DNA from: a candidate division WOR-3 bacterium
GTDB taxonomy: Bacteria; Hydrothermota; Hydrothermia; Hydrothermales; JAJRUZ01
NCBI GenBank assembly: GCA_039804025.1
Contig: JBDRZP010000005.1
Coordinates: forward strand, 28,273 to 92,272
Reading direction: 5' to 3'
Length of the DNA stretch: 64,000 nt
The notes beneath the pieces are model-generated. The model saw nothing but the letters and a program-made list of their open reading frames with translations. It had not been told where the DNA came from and searched no databases. This document shows, one piece after another, positions 8,262 through 17,469 of the stretch (positions are counted from its first letter, which is position 1; each line of letters starts with the position of its first letter). A program made the position numbers and the translations under genes.

Positions 8262-8819
8262 TTATAATCCTTTTACACTTTGAAATGCCTCTTCAGCTGC
8301 TTTTATATTTTCTTCTTTTTTAACAGAAACTTCTTCCTCTATTGCATATTTTAATTCTTCAAGTCCAAAAATCTTGCTTACCTTTGCAAGGGCTCCTAAA
8401 ATTGAGGTATTCACAATTGGTTGAGTTCTTGAACCGAGCTTATACTTGACAGCAATTTCTGTTGCATCAACTGTGTAAACTTTAAATTTTCCTTTAAAAT
8501 TAAAGTCTTCTGGATTTTTAGGTGAATTTATTATTATTTTTCCATTTTCTTTAAGACCTTCTGTAACATCTATCATTTCAAGAAGTGATGTATCAAGAAT
8601 TACAATAATATCAGGGTTATATATATTACATCTTAAAAAAAGTTTTTCATCAGGACTAAAGATTCTCAAAAAAGCTGTTACAGGTGCCCCTCTTCTTTCA
8701 ACTCCAAACTGAGGAAAGGCAAGGGGATAGTAGCCACTTTTAAAAGCTGCTATTGCACTTACCTTTGAAGCTACTACTGCCCCCTGACCTCCCCTCCCAT
8801 GGAATCTAATTTCAATCAT
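8262..8819 (-). CDS. porC: Pyruvate/2-oxoacid:ferredoxin oxidoreductase gamma subunit
   Basis: [35 protein letters not shown]; start moved to ATG 8819, after SD AGGAGG. Confidence 0.93.
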
Positions 8820-8853
8820 TTTAAAATCCCTCCTTTTTTTCAAATTTAGAGCC

Positions 8854-8915
8854 GGATTTGAACCCTCCGCGGAAAGATTTTTTAAAATTATATGATTTTA
8901 TTTAATTTTTTTCAA
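8854..8915 (-). promoter_or_regulatory. Sigma70-type promoter of the por operon with a T-loop-like leader element
   Basis: TTGAAA(8915-8910)-17 nt-TATAAT(8892-8887); GGTTCAAATCC at 8864-8854 in the leader. Confidence 0.75.
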
Positions 8916-8924
8916 GTTTAAATG

Positions 8925-8997
8925 TTGATAAAGCATTATCTTTTTTATTATAATTTTATTCTTAATCATACACTATATTCTTAAGGGTTCCATTCCC
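8925..8997 (+). promoter_or_regulatory. Putative secD-operon promoter with a T-loop-like leader hairpin (GGG-TTCCATT-CCC)
   Basis: TTGATA(8925-8930)-18 nt-TATAAT(8949-8954); a second -10-like TATATT at 8974-8979; hairpin at 8985-8997, then 20 AT-only nt to GTG 9018; no SD. Confidence 0.6.
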
Positions 8998-9017
8998 AAA
9001 AAATAATTTTAAAAAAA

Positions 9018-10556
9018 GTGAAAACTATTAGGTTTAAATTTTTAATTATTTTGGGTGTTCTTCTTTTTTCCATTATTTCTCTTTTCCCTACAATACAATA
9101 TTATTCAATACCCAAATCCGAACTTGAAAAAAAGCCAAAAGAAGAGATAAGAAAACTTTTAAGAAGAACTCTTTCACTTGGTCTTGACCTTATAGGAGGT
9201 ATGTATCTTGTTTTGAAAGTTAACCCACCGGAAAAGGAAAAAGTTAAAGAAGCAAGGGATAGGGTCCTTGAAATAATAAGAAACAGAATAGACCAGTGGG
9301 GTGTTTTTGAACCAGTTATTCAGCCTATAGGTGAAGATAGGATTATGGTTCAGTTGCCTGGTGTTATGGACAGAGAAAGAGCAAGGGAAATAATCGGAAA
9401 AACAGCAGTTTTAACTTTTCATTTAGTTGAGGATATTGAAAGTGCTAAGAGAGTTCTTGATAATATTGATAAATCTCTTTTAGAAATAGAAGGGGGTAAT
9501 AAAAATTCACCTTTAAAACCACTTTTATTTTTATACAGGGGGGATATAGTTTTTGAAGAAATTTATCTTGATTCAATTAAAAAAATAATAAAAAGGGAGG
9601 AAGTTAAAAAATTAATTCCAAAGGATAAAATTTTTCTCTTTGGTAAATCTTTTGAAGTTGAAGGGAAAAAGTTAAGGTCAATTTTTTTGTTAAATAAAAA
9701 TCCAGATGTAAAGGGTGAGTATATAAAAGATGCAAGGCAATCAGTTTATCAGGGAACTGACCCGGCTCTTCAGAATACACCAGTTGTAAATATTTCCTTT
9801 GATAGAAGGGGCACAATAGATTTTGCAAGAGTTACGGGTGAGAATGTAGGAAGGAGGCTTGCGATAGTTCTTGATTCAATTGTTCAATCTGCTCCAAGAA
9901 TTGCCCAGAAAATACCAACAGGTAATGCCCAGATTACAGGAATTGAGTCAATGGATGAAGCAAGAGACCTGGCAGTTATTTTAAGGGCAGGTGCCTTACC
10001 AGCTCCTGTGGACATAGAAGAGGAAAGGTCAGTTGGTCCATTACTTGGAAAGGATTCAATAAGAAGGGGTATTCAGAGTGCTATTCTTGGTGGTCTACTT
10101 GTTATGATTTTTATGGCTATTTATTACCTATTTGCAGGAGCTGTTGCTGATTTTGCTCTTATATTGAATTTAATAATAATCCTCTCTCTTCTTTCCCTTT
10201 TTAAAGGGACCCTTACTTTACCGGGTATAGCAGGTCTCATTCTTACAATTGGTATGTCAGTTGATGCAAATGTTTTAATCTATGAAAGGATTAGGGAAGA
10301 ATTGAGACTTGGTAAATCCTTTAAAGCTGCAGTTGATGCAGGTTTTTCAAGGGCACTTATTACAATACTTGACTCAAACCTTACAACAATCTTTTCAGCA
10401 CTTGTGCTTATATGGTTTGGAACAGGTCCAATAAGAGGATTTGGTCTTGTTCTTGCCCTTGGGATTGCAACTTCTTTCTTTACAGCTGTTTTTGTTGTAA
10501 GAACAATTTTTGATTACTTTGTTATTGTTAAAAAAGTAAAAAGTTTACCTATATAA
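9018..10556 (+). CDS. secD: Protein translocase subunit SecD
   Basis: LGLDLIGG, IRNRIDQWGVFEPVIQ, LAIVLD, LRAGALPAP, GMSVDANVLIYERIREE. Confidence 0.97.
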   Translation: MKTIRFKFLIILGVLLFSIISLFPTIQYYSIPKSELEKKPKEEIRKLLRRTLSLGLDLIGGMYLVLKVNPPEKEKVKEARDRVLEIIRNRIDQWGVFEPVIQPIGEDRIMVQLPGVMDRERAREIIGKTAVLTFHLVEDIESAKRVLDNIDKSLLEIEGGNKNSPLKPLLFLYRGDIVFEEIYLDSIKKIIKREEVKKLIPKDKIFLFGKSFEVEGKKLRSIFLLNKNPDVKGEYIKDARQSVYQGTDPALQNTPVVNISFDRRGTIDFARVTGENVGRRLAIVLDSIVQSAPRIAQKIPTGNAQITGIESMDEARDLAVILRAGALPAPVDIEEERSVGPLLGKDSIRRGIQSAILGGLLVMIFMAIYYLFAGAVADFALILNLIIILSLLSLFKGTLTLPGIAGLILTIGMSVDANVLIYERIREELRLGKSFKAAVDAGFSRALITILDSNLTTIFSALVLIWFGTGPIRGFGLVLALGIATSFFTAVFVVRTIFDYFVIVKKVKSLPI

Positions 10557-10567
10557 GGAGGTTATAA

Positions 10568-11449
10568 ATGGAATTATTTAAAACACCCAATATAGATTTT
10601 CTTTCAAAAAGAAGAATATTTCTTGCAATTTCAGGTTTTCTTGTTCTTTTATCTATTTTACTTCTTTTTATTAAAGGACCCAAATACGGTATAGATTTTC
10701 TCGGTGGAACTTTACTACATATTCATACTGATAGAGATATAAAGACTTCTGATTTGAGAAATGCTCTTTCAGAGATAAAGCTTGCAAGAGCTGAAATACA
10801 GGAAATAACTTTAAGGGAGCATATAATTAAATATTATGAAAATATAGAAGCAGATTCACTTGTTAAGTTTTTAAATAAAAAACTTAAGCTTAATATAGAA
10901 ATAGAAAGAGCAGAAAAAGTAGGTCCGAGAGTTGGATTTGAATTAAGATTAAGAGCAATTTATGCTGTTTTAATAGGAATGGTTTTAATGCTTATCTATA
11001 TAGCTTTCCGATTTAATCTTCCCTTTGGAGTAAGTTCTATTATAGCTCTTTTCCATGATGTAATGATAACTCTCGGTGTTTTTGTTTTATTTTCAAGAGA
11101 AATAACTGTTCCTGTAATAGCTGCCTTTTTAACAATTGTTGGTTATTCTATAAATGATTCAATTGTAATTTCTGATAGAATAAGGGAGAATTTGAAGAAA
11201 AGACAGGGTAAATTTATTGATATTGCAAATAGAAGTTTAAATGAAACGTTATCAAGAACAATTATAACAGGGGGAACTACACTTCTTGTTTTGATTGTCC
11301 TTTTATTTCTTGGTGGTCCACTTCTTTTTGATTTTGCTCTTGCTCTTTTGATAGGTATAATTGTTGGAACTTATTCATCAATTTTTATTGTTGCTGCACT
11401 TGTTGTAGAATACGAGGAAATAAAGATGAAAAGAATGAGAAGAAGATAA
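10568..11449 (+). CDS. secF: Protein translocase subunit SecF
   Basis: YGIDFLGG, VGPRVG.EL, ALFHDV, VGYSINDSIVISDRIREN, TLSRTIIT. Confidence 0.97.
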   Translation: MELFKTPNIDFLSKRRIFLAISGFLVLLSILLLFIKGPKYGIDFLGGTLLHIHTDRDIKTSDLRNALSEIKLARAEIQEITLREHIIKYYENIEADSLVKFLNKKLKLNIEIERAEKVGPRVGFELRLRAIYAVLIGMVLMLIYIAFRFNLPFGVSSIIALFHDVMITLGVFVLFSREITVPVIAAFLTIVGYSINDSIVISDRIRENLKKRQGKFIDIANRSLNETLSRTIITGGTTLLVLIVLLFLGGPLLFDFALALLIGIIVGTYSSIFIVAALVVEYEEIKMKRMRRR

Positions 11450-11452
11450 GGT

Positions 11453-14400
11453 ATGCTTCCCTTTTTTGCTTTAGACCCTAAGAAAACAGCTTCTGAAGCG
11501 AAAAGATTGATGGAAGAGGGTAAATGGGAGAGGGGCTATTCTTTGTGTAAAAAGGCTTTAAAAACTTCACCAAGAGACCCTGATCTTCTTGAAGTAAGTC
11601 TTGAACTTGCTCTTCTTTTGAAAAATTATAAAGAAGCAGTGGGTCATTTTTTACTTATAAAAAATTTCCCTGATAGGAAAAAAAGAGTTCTTGAACATAT
11701 GGTTTCTCATTTTGGTGGTGAGGAAAAGGATAAAATATTATTAAGGGAGCAAGTTTTACTTGAATTTATTTCAGAGGGTGAGCTTGAAAGGATTGAAAAT
11801 TTATTCCCCCTTATCCCGGAAAGAGAGAAAAAGCATTTTTTTGAAAAACATTCTGAAAAAGATGAATTTGTATCTCAAATGTTTATTTATTCTCTTTTAT
11901 TTTATTCAAAAAAATACATTGAAGCTTCTTTAAAACTTTTTGAAATATATGAAAAATTTAAAGATAAAGAAGATTTTTTAAGAAAAGAAATTTTGAGGAT
12001 TCAGAATATGGGCTTTATTAGAAAGTATGCCAGTTTCACAAATTTTCTTATAAATTATTCTGAAGGAGATGAAGATAAAGCATTAGAATACATTGATGAC
12101 CTTTTGGAGGACGAATCCTTTTTCCCTTATTTAATTAGCGAATTTGAAAAAAGAAATCCCAAAAACCCTTATTTTAAACTTCTCTTTTCTAACCTTTTAA
12201 TTCTTAAAGGGGAAAGGAAAAGAGGACTTATTTTTTTAAGAGAATCACTTAAAAATAAAGAGAACTTAGATTTAAATTATGCCTATAACATTGTTAAGGA
12301 TATAAAAAGGGAAAACTTAGATGATGAGGAAGTTTCTATTGTTTCTGATATTTTAAAAGAACTTGGTAAGACTGAAGATGCAGCAGAATTTCTTAAGATA
12401 AGAGTTAAAAAAGGTGAAAGCATCATAACTTTAAGGGAAACCCTTTTAAAATCCTTTTCAGCAAGAGCCTTTAGAATTTTACTTGAGATGGAGGAAGAGA
12501 AAATTGAAGAGAATTTAAAATTTTTATACGAAAATAACCCTGATTATTTAAGTGACATTGATGTTTTGAATATATTAAAGGATTTTTCTGAAGAGAGAAA
12601 TATAAAATCAGAGTTTTTTCTTTTTTCCCTTGGCTCTTCTCTTGTTAGAAATGGTGAGTATAAAGATGGAATTAATATTTTAAGGTATCTTTTGAGAAAA
12701 AATTTTAATAGAGAATTAATTTTAAAAGAATTTAAGAGGAAAAGGGACTCTCTTTTAAATATTCCAGAAGGCTTACTCTTTGATGCTGAAATAAAAATTC
12801 AAGAAAAAAATGAAGAATTTTTTGATTCAATAAAAAATCTTTTGGAAAAATTTCCAAATTATTCAGATTATGCTTTACTTTTACTTGATGAGTTTGGAGA
12901 AATACATAAAGATTTTAATGATAAAATAATTGATTTCTTAAATAAAGAAAAGGATAAATTTTCAAAAAAATATCTTGTTGTTGAGGGATTATCCCTGATT
13001 AGAAAGAAAAATTTAAAAGAAGGAGCAATAAAACTTTATAAAGCCTATGTAGAAGGAGAAAAATTTGTAAAGGATATAGTTGAAAGAATATTTAGAGAGG
13101 ATATACCTGAATACAATTTTTTAAAGGGAGCAATACTTCTTGAAATGGGTAAATTTGAAGAGAGTTCAAAATATTTAAAAAAGGCAATGATTGATAAAAA
13201 ACTTCTCCCTGAAATTTCCAAAGTTGTTACAGAAAAGATGAAAGAAAAGAAAGACCCCACCTTAATTTTTATATATGTAAATACCCTTTTATTCTGGAAC
13301 AAATTTGAGGAGGCTATAAGGTTTATAAGTATTTTAAAAGAAGAAATAAAGGATGAGAAGATGTTGAATAATGTTATTTCTCTTGAATCCATTATACTTT
13401 ATAAAAGGGGTGAAAAAGATAAAGCAAGGGAAATTATTAAAATTTTATTAAAGGAAAAGAAAAAATTTGACCCCTATTTTCTTTATGAATTTCTCAAGGA
13501 GGAGGAAAAAAATGATAAGTCCCCTTTTATTTATCAAACTCTCGGTTCACTTGCTCTTTTACTTTCAAAGCCTCTTGAAGCAGTAAGATACTATTTTATG
13601 CTTGCTTTGAGTTCTCCAAAACTAATAAGTAAAATAAAAGATATATATTTAACAATTGAGACAAAATTTCCCTATTTTCCTGAAATTGACCTTTATAAAT
13701 TTTCATTAAATTTACTGGAAAAAGAGAAAAATAGAGATTTACTCCTTAAATTTTTTGAAGATAACCCTGAGTTAAAGGATGAATTTAAGTTTTTCTTGAA
13801 CATTTATCCTGATACACAGAAAGACCCCTATCTATTATATTATTTAGCAAAACTTAATTATGAAGAGGGGAAAGAATTTGAAGAAGAATTAATAAAAAGT
13901 TATGAACTTGCATTGAATGAGAGACTTTATGATCTTTTGGAAGATATAAAAAATTTCTCCTATGAAAGAATTAGAAAAGATGAAGCAAAGGCGAAACTTT
14001 TATTTTTTATTCTTAAAAGGGAATTTAGAGATTTTAATAAATTTTTTAAACTACTTAAAGAGAAAGAGTTTATTGAAAAGTTCCCAAAGGAATCTTATGA
14101 TGTTATGCGTGATGCTTTTTTAAAAGGAGTAAGGGAAAAGGATTTTATTTTTACCTATGCAGATTTTCTCGCTGAAAGAGATGATAAAGGCTCAATATAC
14201 CTTTATCAGGAGGCACTCGAAAAATATCCTGAAGAAGTAGAAAAAAGAAGAAATAAATGGGAGAAATTTATACCTGAGGGAAAAGGGTTATCCCTTATTC
14301 TTTCAATAAAGTTTAGAGATGTAGAAAAATTTAAGAAAGAATTGAAAAATATAATGGAACTTAAACTGGAGGGAACTTTTTATGCAATAATAAAGGAGGG

Positions 14401-14791
14401 AATAAAGGCTTTTGATTACGATAGAGAGCTTTATGAACTTATAAATACCTGTGCGCAGAGGATAAAGGATATTGATACAGAAATTTTTGTTTTAAAAGAG
14501 CTTTCAATGAAAGAAAAAAATCTTGATTACTTTAAGAATTTAATTGAAAAATTGATTGTTTTTAAAAAAGAGGAGCTCTCTTTTATATGGAAGGAGTTTG
14601 TTAAGGTTATTTCTGAAAATAAAAGGTTTGATATTCTTGATAATTTATGGAATAAATACTTTAAAGATAAAAAGAAAAAAGAAACTTTAGGTGAATCTTA
14701 TTTTAATTTGATTTTTTTAAGAGACCCGAAAATATTTTTTAGATTTTTAAAAAGTAGGAGAAATTTTCCCTTGCCCCTTTTAGAGCCTTAA
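11453..14791 (+). CDS. Large TPR-like alpha-solenoid protein (1112 aa)
   Basis: Long open frame of repeated helical hairpins, very K/E/L/F-rich; no signal peptide or catalytic motif recognised. Confidence 0.7.
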   Translation: MLPFFALDPKKTASEAKRLMEEGKWERGYSLCKKALKTSPRDPDLLEVSLELALLLKNYKEAVGHFLLIKNFPDRKKRVLEHMVSHFGGEEKDKILLREQVLLEFISEGELERIENLFPLIPEREKKHFFEKHSEKDEFVSQMFIYSLLFYSKKYIEASLKLFEIYEKFKDKEDFLRKEILRIQNMGFIRKYASFTNFLINYSEGDEDKALEYIDDLLEDESFFPYLISEFEKRNPKNPYFKLLFSNLLILKGERKRGLIFLRESLKNKENLDLNYAYNIVKDIKRENLDDEEVSIVSDILKELGKTEDAAEFLKIRVKKGESIITLRETLLKSFSARAFRILLEMEEEKIEENLKFLYENNPDYLSDIDVLNILKDFSEERNIKSEFFLFSLGSSLVRNGEYKDGINILRYLLRKNFNRELILKEFKRKRDSLLNIPEGLLFDAEIKIQEKNEEFFDSIKNLLEKFPNYSDYALLLLDEFGEIHKDFNDKIIDFLNKEKDKFSKKYLVVEGLSLIRKKNLKEGAIKLYKAYVEGEKFVKDIVERIFREDIPEYNFLKGAILLEMGKFEESSKYLKKAMIDKKLLPEISKVVTEKMKEKKDPTLIFIYVNTLLFWNKFEEAIRFISILKEEIKDEKMLNNVISLESIILYKRGEKDKAREIIKILLKEKKKFDPYFLYEFLKEEEKNDKSPFIYQTLGSLALLLSKPLEAVRYYFMLALSSPKLISKIKDIYLTIETKFPYFPEIDLYKFSLNLLEKEKNRDLLLKFFEDNPELKDEFKFFLNIYPDTQKDPYLLYYLAKLNYEEGKEFEEELIKSYELALNERLYDLLEDIKNFSYERIRKDEAKAKLLFFILKREFRDFNKFFKLLKEKEFIEKFPKESYDVMRDAFLKGVREKDFIFTYADFLAERDDKGSIYLYQEALEKYPEEVEKRRNKWEKFIPEGKGLSLILSIKFRDVEKFKKELKNIMELKLEGTFYAIIKEGIKAFDYDRELYELINTCAQRIKDIDTEIFVLKELSMKEKNLDYFKNLIEKLIVFKKEELSFIWKEFVKVISENKRFDILDNLWNKYFKDKKKKETLGESYFNLIFLRDPKIFFRFLKSRRNFPLPLLEP

Positions 14792-14818
14792 AATTATACC
14801 TATGGAAGGAGGAAAGTA

Positions 14819-15964
14819 ATGGAAATATGTCCCTTTTTGTCAAATTCAATCTGGGAAAAAAAGGAAAATGGTGAAGAAATTTTAATATTAAAGGAAGTTC
14901 CTTGTCAGAAGGAAAAGTGTTTCCTTTTCAGGGATGGAAGGTGTGGTGTTGCTTTTGATTTTAATTATACAGTCTTAAAAGAAAATATTAATGAATTTAC
15001 TTTTAATTTAAATGAGAATATGAAGGCTTTATATGATCTTATAAAAGAAACAAGGGAAGAAGGAATTAAAAGGGTGTCTTCAATTGAAGAGAAATTTAAC
15101 ACTATGCAGGTCTCCCTTGCAAAAATTTTATATAAATTTTCAGAGGATATAGTTAATTACATTAAAAGTTCAAAAGAGGAAGAAAGTAAAAGGTTAGAGG
15201 AATTTAAGGCTTATTTTCAGGAAATTTTAAATAATAACTATGAAAATTTTAAAAAAATTTTAGAAGAATTTGTTAAGGAAAGGAATGAATTTATGAAATA
15301 TTTTGAATCAGCCTTAACAAAAATTCTTGATTCTGAAAAACAAAAATTTGAAGAAATAACTAAATTGTCTGAAAGTAAAATATCTGAATTAATGAGTAAT
15401 TTAGATAGGGAACGAGAAGTGCTTAATGAACTCTTTTTAAAGATGAAAGAATTTACTGAGGGATTAGTTTCTTATAAAGAAAAAATGGAAGAGGTGGTTA
15501 AAAGGGAGGAGAATTTGAGAAAATTTGAAACTGCAAAATCCTTTTATTTAAGGGGGGAATATAAAGAGGCGGAGAAGATATTGAAAGAAGTGTTAAAATC
15601 TTATGAGCTGGAGGAAGGCTATCTTTTGCTCGGTTTAACTCTTATTGGTAACAAAAATTTTGAAGAGGCAGAAATTTATTTAAAAAAATATATGGAAACT
15701 CACCCTGAAGTTCCTGAAGTCTTATCAGGTATGGCGAGAATTCTATTTGAAAGAGGAGAATATGAAAGTGCTATTTCTTTGTTAGAAAAAGCCAAAGAAA
15801 AATCACCTGATTCAGAAGATATTCTTTATCTTTATGGCTTAGCTCTTATAAGAAAGGGTGAAATTGATGAAGCTAAAAAAGTATTTGAAAGAATAATAGA
15901 AATAAATCCTTACTTTGAACCAGCAAGGGAGGCTATTAAAAAGTATATAAATCCTTTAAGTTAG
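14819..15964 (+). CDS. Cys-motif / coiled-coil / TPR protein
   Basis: N-terminal CPF...C-x4-C-x7-C, central coiled coil, C-terminal canonical TPRs (LYLYGLALIRKGEIDEAKKVFERIIEINP); SD AAGGAGG. Confidence 0.8.
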   Translation: MEICPFLSNSIWEKKENGEEILILKEVPCQKEKCFLFRDGRCGVAFDFNYTVLKENINEFTFNLNENMKALYDLIKETREEGIKRVSSIEEKFNTMQVSLAKILYKFSEDIVNYIKSSKEEESKRLEEFKAYFQEILNNNYENFKKILEEFVKERNEFMKYFESALTKILDSEKQKFEEITKLSESKISELMSNLDREREVLNELFLKMKEFTEGLVSYKEKMEEVVKREENLRKFETAKSFYLRGEYKEAEKILKEVLKSYELEEGYLLLGLTLIGNKNFEEAEIYLKKYMETHPEVPEVLSGMARILFERGEYESAISLLEKAKEKSPDSEDILYLYGLALIRKGEIDEAKKVFERIIEINPYFEPAREAIKKYINPLS

Positions 15965-15971
15965 AAAAAAT

Positions 15972-16457
15972 ATGAAACCCGAATATTTTATTGGGATAGG
16001 TGAAGGGAAGGTTTTAAAAGGTGAGGGTGTGCTTAAAGCAATAGGAGTTGGTTCCTGTATAGTACTAATACTTTTTGATAGAGAAAACAAAATTGGAGGA
16101 TTTGTGCATTCCATGCTTCCTGCTCCAAAAAGATTAGATGATAATACGCCTGGTTACAGGTATGTTAATAAGGCAATTCCCCAGATTGTTAAAGAAATGG
16201 AGCATATAGGGGCAAAAAAAGAAAATCTTGAAGCCTATTTAATAGGTGGTGCAACGATATTTGATTCTCCTATTTCCACTTCTCCCTGGTCAATTGGTGC
16301 CAGAAATGTTCTGGAGGCAAGAAATGTTCTTATGAGACTTGATATAAAAATCGTAAAAGAAGATGTTGGTGGAAATGAAGGAAGATCTGTTATATTTGAT
16401 GTAAGCGAGGGAAAAATTGTTGTGAAAAGGAAGGATAAGGAACTTGTCCTCAGATAA
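15972..16457 (+). CDS. cheD: Chemoreceptor glutamine deamidase CheD
   Basis: GVGSCI and GFVHSMLP (catalytic Cys and His), AYLIGGA, IGARN, EDVGGNEGR. Confidence 0.93.
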   Translation: MKPEYFIGIGEGKVLKGEGVLKAIGVGSCIVLILFDRENKIGGFVHSMLPAPKRLDDNTPGYRYVNKAIPQIVKEMEHIGAKKENLEAYLIGGATIFDSPISTSPWSIGARNVLEARNVLMRLDIKIVKEDVGGNEGRSVIFDVSEGKIVVKRKDKELVLR

Positions 16458-17469
16458 GATAAAGGTTCTTGTTGTTGATGATTCCTATTTAATGCGAATA
16501 CTTATAAGTGATATTTTATCTTCCTTCAGTGATATAGAAGTTGTTGGAACTGCGAAGGACGGAAAAGAAGCAATTGAACTTGTTAAAAAATTAAAACCCG
16601 ATGTTGTTACTCTTGATTATGAGATGCCAGGTTTAAGTGGAATTGAAGTTCTTGAACATATAATGAGTGAAAACCCTGTTCCCTGTATAATGCTTTCTGC
16701 CTATACAAAAGAAGGTGCAGAGGTAACACTTTCTGCATTGAGTAAGGGTGCCTTTGATTTTGTGACAAAACCTTCTGGTTCTATTTCAATGGATATTGAA
16801 AAGATAAAAATTGAGCTTTATGAAAAAATTAAACTTGCTAAAAATGTCAATCCAGAAATACTAAAATTTAAGTTTAAAAAAGTTGAAATAAAAGAAAAAG
16901 TAAAAGTTAAAAAGGTTAATGCAATTGGAATAGTTTCTTCAACAGGTGGTCCTCCTGTTATTGAATTTATTTTAAAAAATATTCCCAAGGTTAAAATTCC
17001 AATTTTTATTGTCCAGCACATGCCAAAAAGTTTTACATCCCTTTTTGCTGAAAGACTTAAAATTGTCACAGGAAAAAAAGTTTTTGAAGCAAGGGATAAA
17101 GAAAAAGTAAAAGAGGGATACATTTATATTGCACCAGGTGGAATTCATATGAGTTTAAAAAAGATAAAAGAAGAAATATTTATAGATTTAATTGATGAAG
17201 AACCTAAGTGGGGAGTAAAACCGAGTGGTGATTATATTCTTTCAGCTATTGCAGAAATTTACGGAGAAAATTCAATTGGAATAATTTTAACAGGAATGGG
17301 AAAGGATGGAAGTGAGGGTGCAAAAAAAATTAAAGAAAAGGGAGGAATAATAATTTCTCAGAATAAAGAAACCTCTCTCATTTATGGAATGCCATGTGCA
17401 GTGAAGGATATATCTGATTTTATTTTATCTCCTGAAGAGATTGTTGAAAAAATTACTGAATTTTTATGA
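16444..17469 (+). CDS. cheB: Chemotaxis response-regulator methylesterase CheB
   Basis: Receiver domain VLVVDDS...PDVVTLDYEMP...KP; esterase motifs SSTGGP, VQHMP, LTGMGKDG. Confidence 0.95.
   Translation: MSSDKIKVLVVDDSYLMRILISDILSSFSDIEVVGTAKDGKEAIELVKKLKPDVVTLDYEMPGLSGIEVLEHIMSENPVPCIMLSAYTKEGAEVTLSALSKGAFDFVTKPSGSISMDIEKIKIELYEKIKLAKNVNPEILKFKFKKVEIKEKVKVKKVNAIGIVSSTGGPPVIEFILKNIPKVKIPIFIVQHMPKSFTSLFAERLKIVTGKKVFEARDKEKVKEGYIYIAPGGIHMSLKKIKEEIFIDLIDEEPKWGVKPSGDYILSAIAEIYGENSIGIILTGMGKDGSEGAKKIKEKGGIIISQNKETSLIYGMPCAVKDISDFILSPEEIVEKITEFL

Noticed and set aside
8845-8875. Possible tRNA remnant (att site) or cobalamin riboswitch upstream of porC
   Set aside because: Only the T-loop core is present. 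There is no acceptor stem, anticodon arm, integrase, or B12-box/GGGAA...GCCACTG elements. Reinterpreted as one of the leader T-loops.
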